A DNA stretch of 64,000 bases from assembly GCF_009914755.1 (NCBI RefSeq), contig NC_060933.1, one strand, 5' to 3'. Each line of letters begins with the position of its first letter. The first letter of the stretch is position 1. The notes beneath the pieces were generated by a model. It searched no databases. It was not told the origin of the DNA and was given only the letters and a program-made list of their open reading frames with translations. Both the position numbers and the translations under genes were made by a program. The DNA comes from the human T2T-CHM13v2.0 reference genome, Homo sapiens. Shown piece after piece: positions 53,736-64,000 of the stretch.

Positions 53736-54751
53736 CTAATAGTGTATATCTCTTTATGGCTAAACTTACACATATGTAAAATTGGCTATTTAAATTTTCC
53801 TCCTATTTCAGTGCCCCTTACATTCTTCCTACCATTTTCCTATTCCCCAGGTCTTCCCCATTATTTACTTTCTATTTTGGTTGGATTAAAACAAATTTTT
53901 GCAAAGATACTAGCTTTTTAGAAGCAGAGAATTTTAAAACTTTATGTTAAATGAGATAATTAAGACTTGTAGGAATGACAGAGTGGCCCAAAGTCACCCA
54001 GCTCAGAGGGGTCCATGTACTCCAGTAGCTTTCATTCAGGTGAGTACTCCTGCCAAGATACCTGGCCGAGGATAACACTCTGTTTCTAAACAGTGGGACT
54101 ATGATGGAGTTACAGCAAAATGAACTCTGTCTCAGCATGATAAAGATATTTTCCTTCAGATCTTTGGAGCTGTCAGGTCAGCAGGCTGCCTCATAAAGAT
54201 GCAAATGCATAGATAATAGAAGTGTCCAAACAGAGATTGTGGGAGCTGCTGTGAGAGCTGGAGTGAGGAGATGGCCTCATTCTAGTTAAGGGTCTACAAC
54301 AATGATATCAATGTTATTTAGGTATAACCTGATCATTCTGACAGCTAAAGAGGTGAAACAACTCTTAGTGGCATTTATATGTTAAAAGTAGACTGTTGAG
54401 GATAGAAAACTTTAAAAGCTCAAAGAAAGAGACCATAAAGGTATATTAGTAACAAAAGAGTTGAGCGTTCTTAAGCAATACCCCATAGGTATTCAATGTT
54501 ATGCACAATTGCTGTGACCATTTGTTTTCGGTTCTTTGAGGACCATGCAGGAGCTTATTTGGTAACTATTTGACAGGTTCTACATCTGCTGATCCTCAGT
54601 TTCTTGCGTTCTAAGTGACTCACATTAATAACTCCTAGTGCTTTACAAACTTGAGGGAATGTTAATCATCATGTTAGTTTTATTAATCCATTAATAACTG
54701 CATATAACCTACAATGATCCTTTCACTCTACCAATTTTAAAATTGCATGAT

Positions 54752-55880
54752 TATGGTGCTGGAAAAATTGGATATTCGAAACATGCAACAAAATGAACCC
54801 AGACACAGACCTCATATCTTTCATAAACATTAGCTCAAAAGTGGATTATAGACCTAAGTGTAAAATGCAAACCTATGAAATTCCTTGACTATAATATATG
54901 AGAAAACCTTGAGTTTGGTGATGAGTTTTAGATGTTAATATAATACCAAAAGCATGATCCATGAAAGAAAATTTATAAGCTAAACATTATCTAATTAAAA
55001 TCTTTTTCTCTGTGAAAGACAGTTACAAGAATAAAAAGACAAGCCCATAGAATGGGAGAAAATGTTTGCAGACTAAATATCTCATAAATGACTTGTGTTT
55101 AAGATAAACAAAGAGCTCTTAAAACTCAACAATAAGAAAACAAACAGGCAAAAACTTGAATAGACACTGCATCAAAGAGAATACACAGATGGAAAAATAA
55201 CCATATGAACAGATGTTCAACATAATCTATCACTAGGAAAATGCAAATTAAAACCAAGGAGATACTACACACCTATTAGAATGACTAAAATCCAAAAACT
55301 AGTCAATATTAATTGTTGAGAAGGATACAAAGCAACACATTCTCATTCATTGCTAGTGGGAATCAAAAATACACCAGGTTTGAAAGATTGTTTGGCAGTT
55401 TCTTAGAAAGCTCAAAATAGTCTTACCATATTTACATACCATAGTTACTGTATGATCCAGCAATCACATTTTTAGGTATTTACTCAACCAATTTGAAAAT
55501 TTATGTCCACACAAAAACCTGCAGTCAGATATTTATGGCAGCTTTATTTATAGTGATCAAAAATCGCAAGAAACCAAAATATCCTTCAATAGGTGAATGA
55601 AATACTATTCAGCAATAAAGAGGTATGAGCTATCAAGCCATGCAAAGGTATTGATGAATCTGAAATACATATTGCCGAGAAAAAGAAGCTAGCCTGAAAA
55701 AGCTACATAGTATATGATTCTGATTTTATGACATTTTGGGAAAGGCAAAACTGGATAGATCAATAGTTGCTAGAGGTTTTGAGGGAGGGAACAGGGTTGA
55801 ATAGGTAAAACACAGGGGACTTTTTAGAGTGGTGAAATTATTATGTATAATATGGTAATGGCAGATACATTACACTAAGC
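54752..55880 (+). mobile_element. L1MC/MD-like ORF2 end and 3' UTR
   Basis: atggtgctggaaaaattggatat; ggaaaatgcaaattaaaacc; tatgtccacacaaaaacctg; aaggcaaaact. Confidence 0.92.
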
Positions 55881-58469
55881 AACACTTTTTTGTTAACACA
55901 GGCTATCTGCAAGGCATATGCTCAAACAATATTTGGTGAACATGCGGTCTTCAGTGAATGTGGTAGTGTGCCCTTATAAAGAACACACAGGATTCAAGGG
56001 TTTAGGAGATTTTCATTTATAGTCTGTATATACTTCTGTATTATTGAAAAATATTACAAGAATGCATTTAAATATTATACATGTTAAAGCATGAAATTTA
56101 TTGTGTAGAATTTTATGGTGATTTAGTGCATTGCAAAGCAAATTCATTCTGTCCCACATTTCTAAGTGGCTAACACCTTTCTATTTCTCTTTCTCCTTTT
56201 AGACTCTATCTCTTTGAAGGCATGGATCTTACCATTGAATTACTTACAGGTTTTAGCATAGTTGTTTAAATATATTTAGGCACTCAAGAATATTTAATAT
56301 AATAGTATTCCTTAATTTCTAAGAAAACACAGTCCCGTATTCAAATTCCAATTCTACCATTGGTCAGGGTACGTAACCTCTGAAACTTAGTTTGACCAAG
56401 TATAAAATATAAATAATAATACTGAATTCATTTTGCTGATTTGTGAGGATTTGATTCTAGCTATAGAAAACCTAGACTAATTTTTGATATAAGTTAGGAA
56501 TGTAATAAATGGTTTTAAAGAAAGTGATGGCTATAGATGGATAGAAATAGTATAATATTTTAGTTAATCAGGAAAAAAGGTGGCTTAGCAACCAGAATAA
56601 GAAAGACGTTGGTAGGTGGTATGGGGACAAGATGGGAATGGCTCACCACTTAGCACCTATTGGACACAGTCTTGGTTTCCATCAGCTCATTCACTGCTTG
56701 GAACCAACTTGCAGCATCTATTTGCATTATTGCAGAATGGGTATAATTTGGGGGTATTCCCTCTTCCTATCTGCTCTTTACACTGGTAAGGCTACCCAAG
56801 AAGCAGATGTGCTTGATTTCTTATAAGTCTCATTTTCACTGCCATCAACTAAGCAGAATAGGACTTTCCATAGAGTCTTGCACACAGAATGGAGGCTCAA
56901 TTGTTATTTTTTGGCTGACCTATTCTTTTGTTCCAAAAGACCAAAGCAACTGTAGAAACTGTTATCTAGAGGCTGTTCCATTCCATTGATTGAGCTTCAG
57001 GGTTCCACATAAGTAGGCATGAAAATGAACATAGGTGGTTTACAGTTCAGAGCACGTCATTATATTTTGCAAGAACAGTGTATTCCACTATTCTCTACAG
57101 TTGCACAGCATGAAGCTTTTATCTCCATATTGGAGATACCAGCTTCTCTTTGGCATTTTAGGAAGTTTTTACCTGCCATTATCTCTTCTACTAGACTGTA
57201 AGACCATGGAAAAAAGAGACCATATTTATTTTTGTGTTCAACACCTCCAGCACCTGACACAGCTCTTATAATGTAGTAGAAGCTACATAAATATTTGTTG
57301 AAATGACCAAATCTGCTTCATTGATGTAAAGAATATTTTAAAACCCTAGAAACATAGTAATGTGTCTACAACAAAAACCTGACAAACTTTTAGATTTTAA
57401 AAAATAGAGTTTTGGTAGAGAAGGGAGTGGGCTTTTTGGAACTGAAGGGAAAAAAGCTCACATTTTTTCATGTCTACATAGTATAAACAAATGGAACATC
57501 CTATTTTCAGTTTGAGTTTGAAAAAGAATGTTTGTTTAACATTCAGTCACCTACACTTCAGTGACAGCCAAAAAAAAAAAAAACATGGATGATTAACAGG
57601 GTAGAGGAATTTATTTGGTAACTATAAAACAGAAATGTCTCTTAAAAAGTCAAGATCAGATACTAAAGTCAAGTCAAATGGGAATCGGCACAACTATAAT
57701 TAAAATTTGCAACCTCTATGAAGAGTGAGTAAAATGTTAGAAGCATCCATGAATTCTAGAAAGGACAAGAACGAGCAAATTACAAAGTTCTACAGAAACT
57801 TACCTATAATAAATAAAGAATTTTTTATTTTATTTTTCCACTTCTCCCAGGATATTGATAACAGTTGATGATTAGGTTCCAGGTAATGAAGCTATAAAAA
57901 TTAATAAGCAGGACCTTCAAATGACTCATTAGCTAATCCTTCATTATCCATTTTTTAATGGGTGACACATTTAACACATTTGGTAATATACTCAGGGGCA
58001 CATTTAAACAAAAAGAGTTTGGTGAAGCAATTTGAAAAACATGTAAATATTTTTATTAGTGTTAAATTTGCCTAGATTCTAGTTGATTAAATATAAGATA
58101 GGCTCTAACTCTATATGTAATACATGTTTACACTTTAGACCCTTTCCTTATCTATTCCCACTTTAGTGTTTTTGTTTTAACCTCTAAAAGGAAAAATCTT
58201 CTAGACTTATCTCACTAAAATTTTGTTTTATGATTATTTGCCAGCAGGTTCTCCAATAGAAAGTGTTTATGGAGAACTGGGAATTTTTAAGTGGCTTATG
58301 CTGTAGAGGAATAGATGATTGATTCCCCAAACTTTGGAGAGTAGCTCCTCTGAGCCAGGATACTCTGCTAGGGCTAGAAACTGGGAGATGAACCAGACCC
58401 TTCTTAATGAGCTCGTCATCGGGCAAGGAGTCAGACTTACCGAGATAATGTTGAGTAAATATAAACCTA

Positions 58470-59830
58470 TAGAGTTATAGGTGGGCACGCAAGTCAGATG
58501 GAACTGAAAATGTAAAGCCATAGAGGAGCAGATGATCATGGTGGGTTCAGAAGGCCAGAAGCCATCCAATGTTGCTAAAGCATTAAGAGCAAAGAAGGAA
58601 AAATGGTTGGAGACGAGTCTATAGGGATAAATGGAGACCCAACAGAAAAGGCTTTGGGGGCCTTTAAAAGGAGGTTAAGTTTACAATCTAGATAATTGTA
58701 CAAAAGTGGTACAATTTAGTACCACTTGCTACTGCAGTGGTTTCTGGAGCACAACATCACATCACCAGGGAGTGTGTTAGAAAAGCATCATCTCAGGCCC
58801 TAACCCAGACCTCCTGAGTGAGAACTGATAATATAATGAGATTCCCCATTGACATATGTACATCAAAATCTGAGAAACACTGCATGTAGAAGTGAAGAGT
58901 TGACACATGTCACGCCAGAGAGATGTGATTGGCACTGTTTTTTAGAAAGCTCACTCAAGCAACAATGTGTTGGACTGAAGAAAGGATAAGATTAGAAACA
59001 GAGAGACTATCAAGAAGAATGCTATAGTTGTCCAGGAGAGGGCTGACCAAACCTGCAGATGGAGCAGTCAAGTAGAAAAGATATTCAGGAGGCAGCAGGG
59101 CTAGGATATAGCAATTAATTTAATGTAGAGGGAAAAGAAAAGACAGATTATAGGCAGACTTACAGTTTCTGGCTTGGATTACCTGGGAGGATGTGGTACC
59201 AGTATGGACAGAGTTTGTAGAAGCAAGAACACATTTGGAAAGGCTGGACAAGAAATAAATTCAATTTGAATTATTCAGTTAGAGGTTCCTGGGAGACATT
59301 TGTTTAATAATGCTTAATAGGCAATTGGGGATATAGGTGTCTGGAATTTGAAATAAAGGTACATATATTTGAAAGTTGTCATTGTATCAGTGCTGTCTGT
59401 TTCCATGGTTATGAAAAAGATTTCCAGGAATAATTGGTAGAATAAGATAGTAGTGGTATAACAATGGAGCACCAGAGAGCAACAGCCTTTAAAGGATGGG
59501 CAGGGGAATACCAAACTATGGGGAAGACGGAAGACAGTCTGAAGGGTATGGTGTCATGGAAAGGAAAGAAGACAGTTTCAAGCAAAAGGGATGACCTACT
59601 AGGTCACAATTCATGCAGGTGAAATGAAGACTGGAAAATGCCTATTACATTTGGTATCTAGGAAGATATTGATAATTTTAGCCAGGGAAATTTTAGTTGG
59701 ATGATGACATCAAAAGTCAGAGTTTCTGTTTGCTGAGTTTGTGGAGTCATGAAGTATAGTGAAGACTTCTTTCTAGAAACATGGCTGTGAAAGGAAGGAA
59801 AACCTTTGGCTAGTAGGAACAGGAACACAA
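58470..59830 (-). mobile_element. L2 relic with nested MER5A
   Basis: agaaagctcactcaagc; cagtttctggcttgg; ggtgtcatggaaagg; gaagactggaaaatgcctatt. Confidence 0.7.
58735..58882. mobile_element. MER5A-like MITE
   Basis: TIRs cagtggtttct...agaaacactg; internal atctcaggccctaacccagacctcctga. Confidence 0.8.
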
Positions 59831-60945
59831 TGTGGAGAAGAGGCTTGCTCTTGCTCTCTCTGTCTTAAATATGAAGATATGAAGAGATTAGCATAGAGAA
59901 AAGAATCAATGGGAGGGAAAGAGTGACAATATAGAGGAGGGGGGAGAGTAATAAATAATGGAATAAGATCCCTTTGGGGACAGCAGTGGATGGAATTCAG
60001 AGTGCAGATGGAAGAGATTTGCCTTAATCAACAGGAAAGACAAGTTAACCCATGAGAGACTGAAGGAAGCATGGTTCAGGGGCACGGAAGTTTGGGGAGG
60101 CAGTGATTTTAGGGTATTCAAATCTAAAGGACTTATTTTTTTTTTCTGTGAAATAGGAGACAATGACATATGCATAGAAGGAAAGGAGGGGGCTAGTAGA
60201 AATGGGATCCCCAGTGGAGAATGAAGAAAGAAGCTAACCGGGAAGTGCAGTGGATGTGGGCAACATTTAAAACCATTCAACTCAGATTCTTGATTCTGGA
60301 AAATGTGTTATGGTGGCTTCTGTGTTACCTGGTCCATCTATTTAATGAATACATAGATCCAAATGTGTTTGAGTTATCCATCATCTGTGACCTTAATGCA
60401 TGATCAAAGAGGCTGTTATTTAGATGCCTAAAAACTAGACAGTCCTCCAAAGATGCTAACAGCAAACAAAAAACCTTTACACAACTGTAATGTGGGGGGA
60501 GTAAATGTCACCACCAATTGCTGAACATCTATTCTATATCTACTATTATAGAGGATGTGGGAAGTAACCGTGGAAATACTAGCAATAATTTTAGCTAATT
60601 CACAGTTTCTCAGAGTTGGAAAGACTCTCAGAATTCCTCTAAATTTTTTCTTCAGCTCCTGTGTGAATGCCTCTGGTGCCAAGGTTTTCATTACCTACTA
60701 AGTAGCCAATGTTCAATATACTGTATTTGATTATTTGAAGTTGTTTTTTTTTTAATCAAGATAAGGGGCTGAATTCCACTTTGATGAACTATATGTGCCA
60801 AATTTATTTTCATTGTATTCAACAAACACAGTAGACATCCTAAGTTTAAGATACTTGTTCTTGGCCTTGCAGCATGATCAGTAGGTTAGGGCCCCTGGCC
60901 TTGGTATCTTTATAACATAGTAAGAAAGGTAAGATGAATTCCCAA

Positions 60946-61008
60946 ATGGCCACAAGACACATGGCCCAAAACACATGTGGCCCAAAACACAAAAGGCCCA
61001 AAACACAT
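60946..61008. repeat. Short tandem repeat, four copies of ~ggcccaaaacaca
   Basis: atggccacaagacac atggcccaaaacac atgtggcccaaaacac aaaaggcccaaaacac. Confidence 0.85.
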
Positions 61009-61249
61009 ACCATCAGATAAATAATAATATGCTGTGCTTTTTTTGTTTAAAAATGAGGTGCCAGGAGTTGTATCTCAATAAATTATGACATAAATGTCCC
61101 ATATCCCCTTGCCAGTCTTCTTTACATTGGAATGTCCACACGCTTTGTCAGCCAAGTGAGTCAGTCAAGGTGGAAATACTAATTCGTTTGAGTGGACATG
61201 CTCTACTAGCTCATACTGTAAAAAGAAATCCCTGGTATATATTACCAAA

Positions 61250-61440
61250 CTCTGTATAGCATTTTATAGTTTACAAATCACTTTTCATAATTATCACCAC
61301 TATTCTGTAAGATAAGTATTATTGTTCTTCCTCATTTACACATGAAGGACCTAAGATTCAGTTTCAGTAATTTACTCAAAGCACACAGCAGAGAGGTGGT
61401 AAACCAGGACTTCCACCCAGGTCCTGTGACTCCAGATCTC
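61250..61440 (-). mobile_element. MIR
   Basis: ctcatttacacatgaaggacctaagattcag...aagcacacagc...ccaggacttccacccaggtcctgtgactcca. Confidence 0.7.
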
Positions 61441-63437
61441 GCTACAAGAGCAGGACCTCTGTGGATTCTGTGGAGGGGAGATTATAGGTGCTTGGAGGAT
61501 GCGTAGAAACAGCAGCCTTTAAGGACTGATGAGATTTTAGTAGAAGGAGATAGGAGGGATGGCATTCCAGGCACAGGGCACTGCAAAGTTCAGTATATGA
61601 ATGCAGGAAATATAGAACACGCCACATAAGAGCCATGGTTCCATGCATGGATTTGGGAATCATCTGCCTAAAAGAGATGGCTGACTCACTGAGAGCTTAA
61701 AAGAATTGCAGGGCAAGAAACAATAGAAGAAAAGATGCCCATTGACAGAGTCCTGGGATCATCTATGGTTAGTTTGTTGGGTTGGAGGCCCAGGAGGACC
61801 CCCCAAATGAGAAACCAAAGGAATGGCCAGTGAGTTAGCATCATTCTCAGTTACCACAGAAAACAAGGGGGAGAGATTTTCAAGAAGGAGGATATGATCA
61901 TAAGAGGGTGATGACTGAGGGCCAGTGGGTGGAAGACGAGCCTTGGTGAGCTTGGAGAGAGTGGAGTAGTGATGACAGAAGTCAGAATGTAAAGAGCAAG
62001 AATGCAAAAAAAAAGAAATCAAGGTAGTGGGCAGGACAGAGGCCAGTAAATCGACACTGTCTTAGAAGTACTTGAAGACAGCTCTCACATATTCTCACTT
62101 CTCCCCTTCTTAGGCAAAATGCCCTTGATTAATCCCACGGATTGTCAAATGCTTTCCAGATAACAATGATCATATTTTCTTTCTTTATAAATTGTTGGTT
62201 TGGCCAATGTCCTTCTTAAAGTTTGGCATCTAGAAATTAACTCCCTACCAGTGTTTATGATCTCTTCAGCATGAAGTAGAAAAAAAGCCGTCATATATTT
62301 TGTTTCCTACACTGTACTTTTAATAGCAGCTCACATTTATATTAGCCACATTTCACTGTTGATTCATTGAGCTTGCAGTCAGCTATGATCCACGTCATCC
62401 ACATCCTATACTTGCCAACTCTTTGAAGAGACAACCCAAACAGGGGATAGAGACACTGGAGCCATGGAGTGGAAAGGACATGACTGGCATCAAGAAATCT
62501 ACATTTTAATCTATACTCTGACCCTTATTAGATAAATGCTCTTGGGAAAGTCGATCTACTTCTCTCTGGGCTCCAGAAGGAGCTAGATTAGATGACTTCT
62601 AAGCCTCTAATTCTAAAATTTATAAAATTAATAACTGATTTTTTAAAAAGCCTTCATTAATTTACCACTCATATATTTATAGAACTCAATTCTGTACCAG
62701 GCACTGCTAGGCTTTCAAAATAGAGTGGTGAGCATGATAGCAGTAGTCCTAATCTGTGGAGCTTAAAGCCTCATGGTCACATTTTGAGGCTGAAAGGTAC
62801 TTGGTTCAATGCAGGGAAGAATGGGTGAGGACTGAAGCCCCTGACAGTGCCCTGAACTCATTTCTTCCAAAGGATGTGTGAAAGGCAGTGACTTTGATGA
62901 CTTGTAAAATGCAGAATGAGGAATAAAGTCATTACGCTTAGAATTACATAAAGAAGTAATCACTTTATGTCATTTCACAGCTACCAAAACATGTATAGAA
63001 TAACACAGTAAGCAAGAGAATAGTAAAGTATGATACTAAAATTTTTCCAGCCACCTAGTACTTACAGAAAGCCATAGGCACTTATATTGAGGAAGGAGAT
63101 GTGAAGAATGACACCATCCATTAAGATGGAAATATCATTACACGGCTTTAATGTTTTCTACCCTAAAGGCAAAAGTAGTGAGGCATACAGGGAAATTCTG
63201 GCAGCAGGTAATTTTGAGATTTATAGCATCAGACACAAAATCACAGGGGCCTGCTAAAAGACTGTTATTCTTCCTCGGTGTCAGCTGAAGATCAGCACCT
63301 ATCATGATCTTAAAATCCCATTTTTCAACACATATGGATAACCTAGAAAGAAAAGCACCCCTTTTTTGTGCTTCTGAAAGCAAACGTGGGTTATGAAGAT
63401 GAATTTTTCCTTTCCCACTTCAACATATGCTACCATG

Positions 63438-63790
63438 GTGTTCCATTGACCTATTGTTATGTAATAAACCAACCCAAACGTAGTGGTTTAAAACAGTATT
63501 ATCATTATGTCCCATAATTTATGGGTTGACCGAGTTCAACTGAATGATTCTTCTGCTCCTTGTGCATCCACTGGGGCTGCACTCTTTGGAGAGCTTAGCT
63601 GGAATAGAATGTTCAGGATGGTTCAGTCATATATCTGGTGGTTCCGTAGGCACAGCTAGAGGCTGGGTTCAGCTGGGACACTGGAACATCTGAGTCTGTG
63701 TGAACAGTTTTAGGACATTTCCTATTCCACCCAGCCTCTCCACTTGGCTGCTTCATGTGTACACATATGTGCCTGTGCAGTGCTTTCCTG
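63438..63790 (-). mobile_element. Old MLT1 LTR fragment
   Basis: tatgtaataaaccaacccaaacgtagtggtttaaaaca...ggctgggttcagctggga. Confidence 0.65.
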
Positions 63791-64000
63791 TCCATATGAA
63801 GATTATGCTCCCTTAACAGGAACAACATATTATTAATATAAACAAATGACAAAAGAGTAATACATAAATATATTCAGCAGTCTGATTCTCTTCCCCCGAG
63901 GAATACATGGACTGAATTTCAAAAATAACTTAGGACTTGAGAGACAAAAACAATTTTTTTGAAGAACTAGCTGCCATTTGTGTGAAGTACATCAAGAATG

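Noticed and set aside
56180-56255. Strong acceptor ttctctttctccttttag
   Set aside because: The downstream sequence looks like an L2 3' tail and has no good donor.
57798-57820. Minus-strand recursive-splice-like motif ttattatag|gtaagt (also aag|gtaagt on plus near 24132)
   Set aside because: About one such 9-mer is expected by chance in 128 kb of both strands, and the pyrimidine tracts are mediocre.

Overview
Primate (very likely human or great ape) nuclear DNA. It is AT-rich, CpG-depleted and has no CpG island. About 12 Alu or Alu-monomer copies (J-, S- and Y-like) are present, along with L1 fragments from L1PA to old L1M types, many L2 and MIR relics, five solo LTRs (THE1, two MLT1, MER21, LTR16-like), hAT MITEs (MER5/MER3-like) and microsatellites. 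These are separated by kb-scale blocks with no repeat I can recognise. I recognise no protein-coding gene, tRNA, rRNA, snRNA or miRNA. The supplied ORFs are Alu/L1/LTR read-throughs or chance ORFs. Mostly minus-strand Alus and LTRs suggest a long intron of a + strand gene, which I cannot name. I found no convincing new biological system. The most unusual structures are a perfect 30-bp inverted repeat around a 420-nt spacer (15944-16423), a ten-unit 33-bp degenerate array (42151-42470), a ~450-bp orphan insert splitting an old L1 (33828-34274), a 95-bp duplication of an Alu junction, and two palindrome clusters carrying homeodomain or POU motifs. Repeat subfamily names are from memory of consensus sequences, and boundaries of old elements are approximate.
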